Positions 18,543 to 28,053 of a DNA stretch of 64,000 bases are shown here, one piece after another. The position numbers and the translations under genes are program-made. The stretch comes from a bacterium (GTDB lineage Bacteria; Patescibacteriota; UBA1384; CAILIB01). Location: positions 322,039 to 386,038 of the forward strand of contig JBAXRQ010000001.1 in NCBI GenBank assembly GCA_037131105.1, given 5' to 3'. The notes beneath the pieces are model-generated. The model searched no databases, was not told the DNA's origin, and saw only the letters and a list, made by a program, of their open reading frames with translations. Every line of letters begins with the position of its first letter. The stretch's first letter is position 1.

Positions 18543-18929
18543 CTAGGCAAGTTCGTCCTGTGGCACGTCCTTCAAAGCGTCATTGATGTCGCTCTGCAGG
18601 GTGGGCACGTCCTCTGAGTCTACTGACTTCTCAGTAGTAACACCTTCTTCACCTTGGTCTGAGTAGGTACGGCCACCTTCTGGCTCAATGATTTTCAGGT
18701 TCACACGGGCGTCATTCTTGGCACCGAAGACGCGGAGAAGGGTGCGCAGTGCTTTGGCGGTGCGGCCTTCTTTACCGATGATGGTGCCCATGTCCTCGGC
18801 GCTGACGTGCAGGGAAATGAGGGTACCCATCTCGTCGATGGTGTGCTCAGTACTGACGTCGTCCGGATGGTCTACGATGCCCTTCACAATGTACTCAACG
18901 AATTCCTGTTCCTGGGCTTGGTCTGGCAT
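18543..18929 (-). CDS. KH-domain RNA-binding protein (YlqC/UPF0109 family)
   Basis: ...ISLHVSAEDMGTIIGKEGRTAKALRTLLRVFGAK... is a type-II KH GxxG motif. Conserved position after rpsP. Confidence 0.8.
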   Translation of the reverse strand: MPDQAQEQEFVEYIVKGIVDHPDDVSTEHTIDEMGTLISLHVSAEDMGTIIGKEGRTAKALRTLLRVFGAKNDARVNLKIIEPEGGRTYSDQGEEGVTTEKSVDSEDVPTLQSDINDALKDVPQDELA

Positions 18930-19033
18930 GACCTCTGTTACGGATAGTCACCATAAGTATACGATCAGCATTCTCAGTAATGCAAGCAAGGGAATCAAAA
19001 AAGACAGCCTTCAAGCTGTCTTTTTTGGTGGCT

Positions 19034-19486
19034 TTAGGCCTCGGCGGGAGCCTCGGTTTCTTCAGCGGCAGGCTCCTCGGCGGGAGCGGCTTCCTCAGTA
19101 ACAGCCTCGGTCTCTGGGGCAGTCTCTTCGGCTGCGACCTCTGCTTCGGCTACGGGAGCCTCTTCAGCAGCAACCTCGGCTACCGGCTCTTCCTTCTTCT
19201 CCTCAGGCTTGGTGGGAGTGAAGAAATGGTGCACCTTCTTGCTCTTGTCCATGATACCGTCCTTGATAAGAAGGTTGGTAACGGTGTCGGAAGGCTGGGC
19301 ACCCAGCTTCAGCCACTTCTCGGCCTTGTCCTTGTCGATGACCAGGAGCTTATCGGCCTGGGCAGGGTGGTAGTGACCGATGATATCAACGGATTTGCCG
19401 TTCAGCTTGGAGCGCTTCTCCTGGACCACGATACGGTAGTGGGGAGCGTTGATCTTGCCGGTGCGGGTGAGTCGGATAGCGAGCAT
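19034..19486 (-). CDS. rpsP: 30S ribosomal protein S16 with ~70-aa Ala/Glu/Pro-rich C-terminal extension
   Basis: MLAIRLTRTGKINAPHYRIVV...IGHYHP S16 core; low-complexity acidic tail. Confidence 0.9.
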   Translation of the reverse strand: MLAIRLTRTGKINAPHYRIVVQEKRSKLNGKSVDIIGHYHPAQADKLLVIDKDKAEKWLKLGAQPSDTVTNLLIKDGIMDKSKKVHHFFTPTKPEEKKEEPVAEVAAEEAPVAEAEVAAEETAPETEAVTEEAAPAEEPAAEETEAPAEA

Positions 19487-19546
19487 GCGAAGAGAAAGAG
19501 AATTAGATAAGTCTGTACGCAGATTACCAGAAAGAAGGAGAGCTGT

Positions 19547-19710
19547 CTAGGACTATTTCATCTTTACTATAAGAATGGAATTTTCAATGGACTGAACGAA
19601 GGCTACAAAGGTCGAGGAAGCATATAGTATATGGTGACGAGAGCTTTGTAGACTGGAGTCAGTACAGTGGGGATTCCACTTACTTTAGTAAGGATGAAAT
19701 AGTCCTATAG
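19547..19710. repeat. imperfect ~18-25-bp inverted repeat (..ctaggactatttcatc.. / ..gatgaaatagtcctatag) enclosing ~110 nt, between fmt and rpsP
   Basis: 15-bp perfect core match gatgaaatagtccta in inverted orientation, read directly. Confidence 0.5.
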
Positions 19711-20514
19711 ATTTGGTGCTTCCAGGCCCAGCGTTGTATAAAACTCCTCTTCCTTGATCCTCTGGCCTGCCAAGAAGTCTGTCAGTTCCATGACCTTGCC
19801 ACCTTCAGGCTGCACCTTCTCGATCTTCAGCTTTCCACCGGAAAGCCGGGCCTTGTCGATGATCAGCCGTTTCTTCTTCCACTCGGTGTAGCTGCGGGGC
19901 CAGCCGGCATAGGCCCGGATTTCCCGCTCTAGCTCATCAGCGGGCTTTGAGAAGTCCAGGCGGCCGTCTTCTTTCTTAATGAAATGGCTGAAGCTGGCCT
20001 CTAGGTGGTTCTGCTCTGTGGGAGTAAGCCGTTCCTCCAGATAATCATCGATATTTTCCAGAAAGAGCTGGACGCCGCGCTTGGTAAGGATCTGATACAG
20101 TTCGTCGGGTAGCTCGTCGCAACGTAGAGGATGACGTTCCTGGGCAAGGACCGGTCCGTGGTCCATCTTAGTGTCGATCTCCATAAGAGAAACGCCGGTC
20201 TCACGCACGCCATCTAACAGAGCCTGGACCACCGGCGCAGGGCCACGGTACTCGGGTAGCATGGAAGGGTGGATGTTGAGAACCTGACCGGCCACGGTAT
20301 CTAATACGTCGCGCTTCAAGATGGCGCCGAAGCCCACTACGAGGAGAAACGTAGGCTCAGCTTGCTCGATCATGACTACTAGCTCCTCAGTGGAGAGCTT
20401 AGGGTTGTCGATGACTAGCCTGGGGGAGTATCCAGCATGCATCAATGCTTCCAAGGCAATGGGGCCGATGGGAGCTGACTGTAGTAATACGTAAGGAAGT
20501 TTAAGAGTGCTCAT
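19705..20514 (-). CDS. fmt: methionyl-tRNA formyltransferase (short form, 269 aa)
   Basis: ...LLVVGFGAILKRDVLDTVAGQVLNIHPSMLPEYRGPAPVVQALLDG... formyltransferase SLPxxRG-like core and C-terminal domain. Confidence 0.9.
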   Translation of the reverse strand: MSTLKLPYVLLQSAPIGPIALEALMHAGYSPRLVIDNPKLSTEELVVMIEQAEPTFLLVVGFGAILKRDVLDTVAGQVLNIHPSMLPEYRGPAPVVQALLDGVRETGVSLMEIDTKMDHGPVLAQERHPLRCDELPDELYQILTKRGVQLFLENIDDYLEERLTPTEQNHLEASFSHFIKKEDGRLDFSKPADELEREIRAYAGWPRSYTEWKKKRLIIDKARLSGGKLKIEKVQPEGGKVMELTDFLAGQRIKEEEFYTTLGLEAPNL

Positions 20515-20515
20515 A

Positions 20516-21019
20516 TTAGTAGCGAGGGTAGTCAGTGAGGGGACGCGTCCGAAGCTGCTTTTTAGTCAGGTATGAGGTAAAAAGAATGCCGTTTAGATGG
20601 TCAATTTCGTGCTGGAGTACTCGGGCCAAGAGACCAGCGCATTCGATCTCGACATGATTACCATCTAAATCAAGAGCTTTGACTCGCACCTTGTCAGGAC
20701 GGTAGACGATACCCTCAACACCAGGGATGGAGAGGCAGCCCTCTTCCATAGGCACTTTTCGCTTTCCTGTCCAGGTGACTCGGGGGTTTATGAGGGCAAG
20801 GTGAGGGATGGAGAAATCAGGGTCTTCATCAACGAGTTCGATCACCGTCAAAGCCACCGACTTCCCAACCTGGGGAGCAGCAAGTCCGACGCCGTGGGCG
20901 TTGTGCATAGTAGTACGCATATCCTCGGCCAACTGGCGGATCTCCGGGGTAATCTCGGTGATCGGCTCAGTTTTCTGACGGAGAATGTCGTGCTTGTCGG
21001 TGTAAATGGGAAGAATCAT
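20516..21019 (-). CDS. def: peptide deformylase
   Basis: GVGLAAPQVG, EGCLSIPG and QHEIDHLNG motifs. Confidence 0.95.
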   Translation of the reverse strand: MILPIYTDKHDILRQKTEPITEITPEIRQLAEDMRTTMHNAHGVGLAAPQVGKSVALTVIELVDEDPDFSIPHLALINPRVTWTGKRKVPMEEGCLSIPGVEGIVYRPDKVRVKALDLDGNHVEIECAGLLARVLQHEIDHLNGILFTSYLTKKQLRTRPLTDYPRY

Positions 21020-21092
21020 GGCTAGACTATATCAGAAAAAATCCCCTAGACCCACCCTGTGGGTCTGCAGTGTGCTGCTTTCTTTGGCAGGG

Positions 21093-22640
21093 TTAGAGCA
21101 AATACCATGGATTGCGCTGTACCTTCCATGGCCGGGGCAGTGCCGCCAGCTCTTTCCTGAGCAATACAGGCAGCCGTGTATTGCGATCCGGTGCATGGAG
21201 CAGGATGTGCACGTGGGGACGTTTGCGCCAAGGCGAAGGGAAGGGATGGCTGAGCTGCCAGGGGGATGCAACTAGCTTAGCGAGCTCGGTATGCGTCTTT
21301 GATGCTGCATCGGCAGCCCCCTCATTATCTGGAAGCGAACAGACTATCTGCTGGCCGAACGGGGGCATAGTGGTGGCCTTCTGGATGGCTATCTCGTCGA
21401 GTAGATACTGTTCGAGGTGCCCGCTTCCCAGTGCCTGCACCAGGGGGTGTCCCGGTTGGTGGGTCTGTACCAGGCAGGGGACATTGTAGCGGGCCAAACG
21501 ACCTAGGTCGCCGATGCCGTTCAGGGTATTGGCGAAGGAAGCGTGTGAAAGCAGGGGATCCAGGGAAAGTACGATGGTTAGGCCGACGTTCTCGAGAGGT
21601 GCGTTAAGGATCTGACGGGTCCCCAGAATGACTCCGTCGGGAAGACTGTCGCTTCCTAGCAAAAAGGCCAATCGTTTCGAAACCGTCTCGATGCCAGGCT
21701 GTACTACTTTCTCGCGCTTACCGTCCCTGGTGATGAGGGCAGTACGGTCATGGGCATTGTAGAGGACTACTACTTTCTTACTCTCGGCCAGGCAGGCCTT
21801 GATGGATCCCACTAAAGGGTCGTTCAAGAGTGCTTCACGGCTGAGGTCGACTATCTCAAACATGTTGAAGGCTGGATCTGACTCGCTCTGCTCGGCTTGC
21901 CAGAGTATAAGAGCTGCTTGTTCAGGTAATCCGCTACGTATTTCCAGATCTGAGCCAGTCGCCTCCGTGAGTTGCTGGGTGGCATCTACCAGGTTTAGGT
22001 AGGGTAGCTGCTCGTGGTAATACGAGATATCTTCGGGATCGACCAGGGTGATCTTTCCGAGGTTTGCCCAGGGAGCGAACAAGGCTTTTTCTCGTCCCAT
22101 GGCCACAGAGGTACTACCTCGCGCAATGGCAAACCAACGCTCCAACTCTTCACTCTCATTGCCGTCAAACAGCTCGGCGAACTTGTCTCCGAGGCGGTGC
22201 TGGAGCTGGAGGGACTGGTGCGGTCTAAGACTGGGGACAATGATGGCATGTTGGCGCTCGGGGTCAGTTGTGACCGATTCCGCTTCATACTCCGCCAGCA
22301 GTCTCCGGGCTGCCCTGCCTAATGAAAGCTCCCGTAAGCCTGTCGGCAGCCAGATATACAGCGCGGTAGAGAGCGAGCAGAGGCCGTAGTCGCTTAGCCA
22401 CTCGATAAGCTGGCGCTGGGGGGCTCGCACCAGAGGTTTGTGGCAGAGAACTTGCGACACTGAAGAACTGGCTTTTTCATCTTTTTCATCTACCGACCAG
22501 ACCACTCCCAGACAGTCGCGGCCTCGAAACGGCACCACCACCAATGACCCGGGCTGGCAGGCCAGGCTTGAGGGTATCCGGTAGGACCACCAGGAGGTGT
22601 CGCGCCGGAGGCGGAGGATGGGGACGACCTGGGCGATCAC
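21093..22640 (-). CDS. primosomal protein N' (PriA)-like, apparently helicase-dead (no Walker A, no Cys4 zinc cluster)
   Basis: N-terminal ...LVVVPFRGRDCLGVVWSV... resembles the PriA 3'-DNA-binding domain. The C-terminus resembles the PriA CTD. Conserved priA-def-fmt synteny. No GxGKT/DExH seen. Confidence 0.55.
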   Translation of the reverse strand: MIAQVVPILRLRRDTSWWSYRIPSSLACQPGSLVVVPFRGRDCLGVVWSVDEKDEKASSSVSQVLCHKPLVRAPQRQLIEWLSDYGLCSLSTALYIWLPTGLRELSLGRAARRLLAEYEAESVTTDPERQHAIIVPSLRPHQSLQLQHRLGDKFAELFDGNESEELERWFAIARGSTSVAMGREKALFAPWANLGKITLVDPEDISYYHEQLPYLNLVDATQQLTEATGSDLEIRSGLPEQAALILWQAEQSESDPAFNMFEIVDLSREALLNDPLVGSIKACLAESKKVVVLYNAHDRTALITRDGKREKVVQPGIETVSKRLAFLLGSDSLPDGVILGTRQILNAPLENVGLTIVLSLDPLLSHASFANTLNGIGDLGRLARYNVPCLVQTHQPGHPLVQALGSGHLEQYLLDEIAIQKATTMPPFGQQIVCSLPDNEGAADAASKTHTELAKLVASPWQLSHPFPSPWRKRPHVHILLHAPDRNTRLPVLLRKELAALPRPWKVQRNPWYLL

Positions 22641-22649
22641 GGGGTCTGG

Positions 22650-24281
22650 TTAGTTAGAAAGGGCGGCTTTCACCAGTCCGGCAAACAAAGGATGGGGCCG
22701 GTGCGGCCGGCTGCGGAACTCGGGATGGGCCTGGGTGGCTATGAAGTAGGGGTGGGTCTCACGGGGAAGCTCGACAAACTCGGCCAGGCTGCCGTCAGGT
22801 GACATGCCTGAGAATACCAGGCCGGTGTTCTCCAGCGCTGTATGGTAGTCGGGATTTACCTCAAAGCGATGCCGATGCCGCTCGTTGATAGTAAGCTTTT
22901 TCAGCTCATCAGGGCGGTAGGTGGCGTAGATCTCCTCGGCCAGGCTGCCTTTTTTCAAAACTGCGGGATATGTACCCAGGCGCATGGTACCTCCCTTCTT
23001 CTTGATGTGCAGCTGGTCGGGCAGGATAGCGATGACCGGCTCCTTGGTATCTGGGTCAAACTCGGTGCTGGTGGCGTCAGGGAGATGTCCCAGGGTGCGG
23101 GCAATCTCGATGACGGCTGTCTGTAGACCTAAGCAGATGCCCAGATAAGGGATCTTGTTCTCGCGGGCCAGTCGTATGGCCTGGATCTTGCCTTCTACCC
23201 CACGGGAGCCGAAGCCGCCGGGGACGATCATGGCATCTACCTTGGCAAGCTCTGCCTCCAGGTCCTCGGCCTCTGAATTCAGGGCTACTACTTCGGTATG
23301 TACCCGGTGATGGATGCCGGCATGTTTGATAGCTTCGATGACCGACAGGTACGAGTCTTCAAGGTCTACATATTTGCCGACCAGGCCGATTCTGACTGTG
23401 TGTTTGCGAGCGGCCATATCTGAATACATTTCCTTCCAGAGGGTTGTACCGTTCTTGGGCATGTCCAGTCCGAAGCTGTCATGCACTGCCTTGGTCAGCC
23501 CTTCCTTTTCCAGGTTCACGGGTATGTCGTAGAGGGAAGTGGCATCGCGGGCGGGGATAATGCGACTGGAAGGCACGCCGGTAAACATGGCCAGCTTCTC
23601 CCGCTCGTCCTTGGTAAGGGCCCGCTTGCATCTCACTATGAGAATGTCGGGCTGCAGGCCGTAGCCTCGAAGCGTGGTTATCGAGTGCTGGATGGGCTTG
23701 GTCTTGCCCTCGTCGGAGGGGTAGAGATAATCCATCTTCACCACATGTACGAAGATGGTAGTACCGAAGTTCTCTAGCTTGAACTGGCGCAGGGCCTCGA
23801 TGAAAGGCAATGCTTCGATGTCACCGACGGTACCGCCCACTTCAGTCAGGAGGAAGTCGGGGGAATTGTCTTTGCCTGCCACGTTGATTCTTCGCTTGAT
23901 CTCGTCAGTGACGTGGGGAATGACCTGGATGGTCTTACCCAGGAAGTCTCCTTCGCGCTCCTGGTCCATCACCGAGCGGTAGACGGCGCCGCCGGTAAAG
24001 TTTGAGCTCTTGGTCAGATTGACGTCCATGAACCGCTCGTAATGTCCTAGGTCCAGATCGGTCTCCGCCCCATCGTCGGTCACGAAGACCTCGCCGTGCT
24101 GGAAGGGGTTCATGGTGCCGGCGTCCTGGTTCAGGTACGGGTCGGCCTTGACTACGTTCACTTTGTATCCCAGGTCAATAAGGAGCCGCCCGAGAGAGGC
24201 GGCAGCGATGCCCTTGCCGATGCCTGAGACAATGCCCCCGGTGATCACGATGGTCCTGCTGGATGGGCTGGGCTGGGGCAT
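22650..24281 (-). CDS. pyrG: CTP synthase
   Basis: ...IVITGGIVSGIGKGIAAASLG... N-terminal synthetase domain plus a C-terminal GATase (GICLGLQ, HPEF). Confidence 0.95.
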   Translation of the reverse strand: MPQPSPSSRTIVITGGIVSGIGKGIAAASLGRLLIDLGYKVNVVKADPYLNQDAGTMNPFQHGEVFVTDDGAETDLDLGHYERFMDVNLTKSSNFTGGAVYRSVMDQEREGDFLGKTIQVIPHVTDEIKRRINVAGKDNSPDFLLTEVGGTVGDIEALPFIEALRQFKLENFGTTIFVHVVKMDYLYPSDEGKTKPIQHSITTLRGYGLQPDILIVRCKRALTKDEREKLAMFTGVPSSRIIPARDATSLYDIPVNLEKEGLTKAVHDSFGLDMPKNGTTLWKEMYSDMAARKHTVRIGLVGKYVDLEDSYLSVIEAIKHAGIHHRVHTEVVALNSEAEDLEAELAKVDAMIVPGGFGSRGVEGKIQAIRLARENKIPYLGICLGLQTAVIEIARTLGHLPDATSTEFDPDTKEPVIAILPDQLHIKKKGGTMRLGTYPAVLKKGSLAEEIYATYRPDELKKLTINERHRHRFEVNPDYHTALENTGLVFSGMSPDGSLAEFVELPRETHPYFIATQAHPEFRSRPHRPHPLFAGLVKAALSN

Positions 24282-24517
24282 GCGACAGGTTAGTTTTCAT
24301 TATAGTAGCAGGATCCTTGAGGTGGTGCTACGGGTTGACCGCAGGAGCATTCTGGTGTATCTTAATCTTAAATTCAAAAGACATCGCCACCAGTTCCCGC
24401 CCGTTTGGGCACATCCCGGCCATCCACTAGTACAGTGGGTGGCCGAATGCATTTTCGCGGTATTATCCTTGACAGCGACATACTTACATGGTACTGTAGA
24501 TCACGATTCTGCTCCTC

Positions 24518-24555
24518 TCTTCCCCCTAGAAGGGGCCCCGGCTTTTTGCCAGGGC
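24518..24555. terminator. strong hairpin gaaggggccc-cggctttttgcca-gggccccttc, 3' of the M16 peptidase gene
   Basis: 10-bp perfect GC stem read directly. Confidence 0.5.
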
Positions 24556-24567
24556 CCCTTCGCCCGT

Positions 24568-25833
24568 TTATGCCCCTCTTCTTTCTGGTAAAAACAGCAC
24601 ACTGCCCCGTTCTGTGGGGTCAAAGTAGTGCCTTAGCAGTGACTTCCTGTACTCCGGATCAGCCATGTTCCGGACTGCTTTTGTGTGCTCAGCCTCCGTA
24701 TAGATGCGCCCATGGTTGATGAGGTCCTGGCTGGCGTCGGTGACTATGCTGCCGGCCGTCTGAAAGCTGTAGACCTGGCTGCCGAGCTGGCGGGTGATCT
24801 CGTCCTCGACCAGTTTTTGGTCGCTGGCTGCCTTTTGAATTCTGTCGTCCAAGCAAGCACGGATCTCTTCTGCCTGGGCCACGGTATTTACCGGAAATGA
24901 CAGGTTGAGGACCAGGTTGTCTTCCCGGAAGTCGCAGTCAGAGTCCAGACCATAGGTCCAGCCTTTTTCCTCTCGGAATTCGCGGTAAAGCGGACCTTGG
25001 GTGGTATTTACCAGTAGATTGAGAAAAAAGTTCAGGGCGCAGTAGTCCTCCCAGGACGGACGGTCATGGATCCAGGTAGTCTCAAGGCGGGGCTGACTGA
25101 CGCTGTCAAAGAAGACCTGGTGGTGCTCGCGGCGGGTCCAACGCACCGGCTCGATGCGGGATTGTAGCGCAAGGGGCTGGGTGGGGAGGGCGGCCAACTG
25201 GTCGCGGAACCTGTCAAACGGCCCGGGACCTACCGCCAGGGCGACTATCTGGTTGCTGTGGGATATGCGCCGGTGCATGGCTTGAAGCTGCTCCGCGTCA
25301 ATGGCCGCCAGATCGGCGTCACTCCCGAACAGTTGCTCCAGGGGATACAGGACGTCGTAGATGAACTCCTTGTAATAGTACTGCCCGGCCCGGGTGTTGG
25401 CGGGATAGAACCGGTTCTGGTCACGTTCATTGGCCACCACTCCCTGCTGGATGGGCAGATCGGCATCCTGGAATATGGGCCTGAACACTCGGTTTACCAG
25501 CAAGTCGATGCCGAAGTCCTGCTCAGCGGCCGGAGTATCTATCCAATAGGTAGTCTTTTTGGCGTAGGTGGTGGCATTGCTGTTGCCGGCTTTCATACCC
25601 AGCGTCCGGTCCAAAGCGTAGGCCTCAGGGAAATCTTGTGACCTGATCAGCTGGCAGTGTTCGAGGAAGTGCGGAGATCCAGGAAGTAGTCCGTTTTCAG
25701 GGATGGCATGCCCACTTCCCACCGGAAACTGGACCTCCATGCAGGAAATGGGGAAGGCATCCTGGTAAGTGTGGAGGCTGATGCCGTTGTCCAGGAGGGT
25801 GGTTTCGAAGTGCTGTCGGTCTCGTTTGACCAT
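24568..25833 (-). CDS. M16-family (pitrilysin/insulinase-like) zinc peptidase
   Basis: Inverted zinc motif HFLEH (GSPHFLEHCQL) near the N-terminus; length 421 aa typical of M16B. Confidence 0.65.
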   Translation of the reverse strand: MVKRDRQHFETTLLDNGISLHTYQDAFPISCMEVQFPVGSGHAIPENGLLPGSPHFLEHCQLIRSQDFPEAYALDRTLGMKAGNSNATTYAKKTTYWIDTPAAEQDFGIDLLVNRVFRPIFQDADLPIQQGVVANERDQNRFYPANTRAGQYYYKEFIYDVLYPLEQLFGSDADLAAIDAEQLQAMHRRISHSNQIVALAVGPGPFDRFRDQLAALPTQPLALQSRIEPVRWTRREHHQVFFDSVSQPRLETTWIHDRPSWEDYCALNFFLNLLVNTTQGPLYREFREEKGWTYGLDSDCDFREDNLVLNLSFPVNTVAQAEEIRACLDDRIQKAASDQKLVEDEITRQLGSQVYSFQTAGSIVTDASQDLINHGRIYTEAEHTKAVRNMADPEYRKSLLRHYFDPTERGSVLFLPERRGA

Positions 25834-25888
25834 AGTACTGGCTTATCTGGTGCTAATCTGGTATGCTGGGGGCAGTTTCTTTACTCAT

Positions 25889-27286
25889 ATGGCCACACAT
25901 ACTCCTACTCTTCCGACAGTCGTCCTAGTTGGACGTCCAAACGTCGGCAAGTCCACTCTTTTCAACCGACTCATAGGTCGCCGTAAGGCGATCGTTGCTG
26001 ACGTGGCCGGAACCACTCGTGACCGGCTGCTTACCACCTTGGACTATGACGGCAAGTTTTTTGAGCTGGCCGACCTGGCCGGTATCGAACGTCCCTCAGG
26101 TCAGGATATCCAACTAGGTGTCGCGGCGCAAGCACAGGTAGACAAGGCGCTTGCGGGTGCCAGCCTAGTGGTCTGGGTAGTGGATGGACGCGAAGGCCTT
26201 ACTACGGCTGACCGTAACGTGGGCGATCGCCTGCGCAAGACGGGCAAGCCGGTCCTGGTAGCGATCAACAAATGCGACCATCCCCGCCACGACCAGGCCG
26301 AGATGGAGTTTGCCAGTTATCGATTTAACGGCGTCCTTACCCTTTCAGCCCTGGGCGGACGCGGAGTGGACGGACTGATGGGAGCCATTGCTGAGCGCCT
26401 GCCGGAGACCGGCCACATCCCCCTGACTGATGAACGCCAGCTTCGTCTGGGTATCGTAGGACGCCCGAACGTGGGCAAGTCCACTCTTCTGAACGCCCTG
26501 GCTAATGAGGAGCGGGTAGTGGTAAGTGATATTCCCGGCACCACCCGTGATGCCATCGACCTGGTGATTCCTTCTGAGAACATCTTCGGCCCAACATTCA
26601 CAAAATGGAAGTCAGTCCGGGTAGTCGATACCGCCGGTATCCGCCGTCGCGGCAAGATCGGTCTTGGCCTTGAGAAGTGGAGTCTTATGCGTACGCTGGA
26701 CGCTGTTAAGGAGTCCGAAGTCGTGCTCTTTCTCATTGATGCCAACGAGGGCATGGTCCACCAGGACATGCAGATCGCCCAGGAGATCGTTTCGGCAGGC
26801 CGTGCCCTTATCCTCGTCGTGAATAAGTGGGACCAGGTACTGGCTAAGAAGAAGGCCTTCCCGGCCACTGAAGAGGATGAGAAGGCTCAGGAAGTATTTT
26901 TGAACCACCTGCGCAATGAAGCGCCCTTCCTCTACTGGGTCCAGGTACTCTTTCTTTCAGCCAAAGACCGTCTTAACCTAGATGTTGTGGGCAAGCTAGT
27001 ACTACGTGCCTATAAGAGCTGGGACCTGCAGATCGACCAGTCGCAGCTCGATGAGCTGGCTGCCCAGCTGCAGCACAATCCTCGTCTCAAGAACCTGCAG
27101 AGGATCGAGCTTGAGCATAGTCGTCCTCCGGTATTTCATCTCAAGGTTGAGGGACGCGACCTGCCTCACTTCTCAACGGTACGTATGGCCGAGAACGCCC
27201 TGCGTGAGGCTTTCGACATCGGTCCGACTCCAATAAAAATGTGGTGTGTGCCGTCCATGAAGAAGCGGGTATACAAGAAAAGATAG
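25889..27286 (+). CDS. der: ribosome-biogenesis GTPase Der (EngA), two tandem GTPase domains + KH-like C-terminus
   Basis: VVLVGRPNVGKSTLFN...DVAGTTRD and a second G domain GIVGRPNVGKSTLLN...DIPGTTRD. Internal ATG at 25889 chosen; the longer ORF from 25769 overlaps the divergent M16 gene. Confidence 0.9.
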   Translation: MATHTPTLPTVVLVGRPNVGKSTLFNRLIGRRKAIVADVAGTTRDRLLTTLDYDGKFFELADLAGIERPSGQDIQLGVAAQAQVDKALAGASLVVWVVDGREGLTTADRNVGDRLRKTGKPVLVAINKCDHPRHDQAEMEFASYRFNGVLTLSALGGRGVDGLMGAIAERLPETGHIPLTDERQLRLGIVGRPNVGKSTLLNALANEERVVVSDIPGTTRDAIDLVIPSENIFGPTFTKWKSVRVVDTAGIRRRGKIGLGLEKWSLMRTLDAVKESEVVLFLIDANEGMVHQDMQIAQEIVSAGRALILVVNKWDQVLAKKKAFPATEEDEKAQEVFLNHLRNEAPFLYWVQVLFLSAKDRLNLDVVGKLVLRAYKSWDLQIDQSQLDELAAQLQHNPRLKNLQRIELEHSRPPVFHLKVEGRDLPHFSTVRMAENALREAFDIGPTPIKMWCVPSMKKRVYKKR

Positions 27287-27421
27287 CCGGGCCGCTTAGC
27301 TTGGCGATTTTCCACGTCAGCCTCTCCGTCTCTTCCTCACCGTACCATTTGTACGCCTCGGTCGAGTGCTCGCTGCTTCCTTGAAACTCATCCAGGCTGA
27401 GTAGCCCGCTTTTTAGTAGCC

Positions 27422-28042
27422 TTAGTATGTTGCGTGAGGAGTGAGTTCGAACCTGTTGATAGGGTAGGCCAATACCAATACGCGGCCTATCATGTCGCTC
27501 TCTGGTAGGTCTCCCCAGTCACGTGAGTCGCTGGAACCTTCGCGGTTGTCACCTAGAACGAAGTAATTGCCGGCTTGCACGGTGAAGTCAGTTTGGTTGG
27601 TGGCGGGATTGGGCAGGGTTTTGTTGCCGTCGGAAACGTAGGGCTCTTTTAAGGTAAAGCCGTTGGGGTGCTCGGCGTTGTAGATGGTGACTATTGAGTC
27701 GGTGATCTTGACTCGTTCACCAGGGAAAGCGATGATGCGTTTTACGTAGTTGAAGCTGATGTCCTTAGGGTATTTGAAGACTACTACATCACCGCGAGTC
27801 GGCTGGTGGAGGTGGTAACTCAGCTTATCGACCAGGAGGTAATCTTTGTCGTGCAGGCCTGGATACATGGAGAGGCCGTCGACAACGAAGGGCTGGAGGA
27901 CATAGACCCGGATGCCGTAGGCAAGCACCGAGACGACAAGCAGGGTCTTGATGAGCTCTGCGCTATAGCGCCAAAAATCACCTCCTTGGACTGGCTTCTG
28001 GTGGGAGGATTCAGGTTCTGTGGCGGTGCGGAGCTCGTCCAT
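27422..28042 (-). CDS. lepB: signal peptidase I
   Basis: N-terminal TM; GLSMYP (catalytic Ser region); ...RGDVVVFKYP...; GDNREGSSDSR box E. Confidence 0.85.
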   Translation of the reverse strand: MDELRTATEPESSHQKPVQGGDFWRYSAELIKTLLVVSVLAYGIRVYVLQPFVVDGLSMYPGLHDKDYLLVDKLSYHLHQPTRGDVVVFKYPKDISFNYVKRIIAFPGERVKITDSIVTIYNAEHPNGFTLKEPYVSDGNKTLPNPATNQTDFTVQAGNYFVLGDNREGSSDSRDWGDLPESDMIGRVLVLAYPINRFELTPHATY

Positions 28043-28053
28043 GGAGTATACTA

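Noticed and set aside
24470-24505. TTGACA-17-TACTGT promoter-like motif on the + strand followed 20 nt later by a 10-bp GC hairpin
   Set aside because: There is nothing to transcribe on the + strand before the hairpin. The hairpin is better explained as the terminator of the convergent M16 peptidase gene, so the hexamers are probably chance matches.
25769-25888. N-terminal 40-codon extension of der (ORF-track start at 25769)
   Set aside because: It would overlap the divergent M16 gene by 65 nt. Der family N-termini begin at the internal ATG directly before the first G1 motif.
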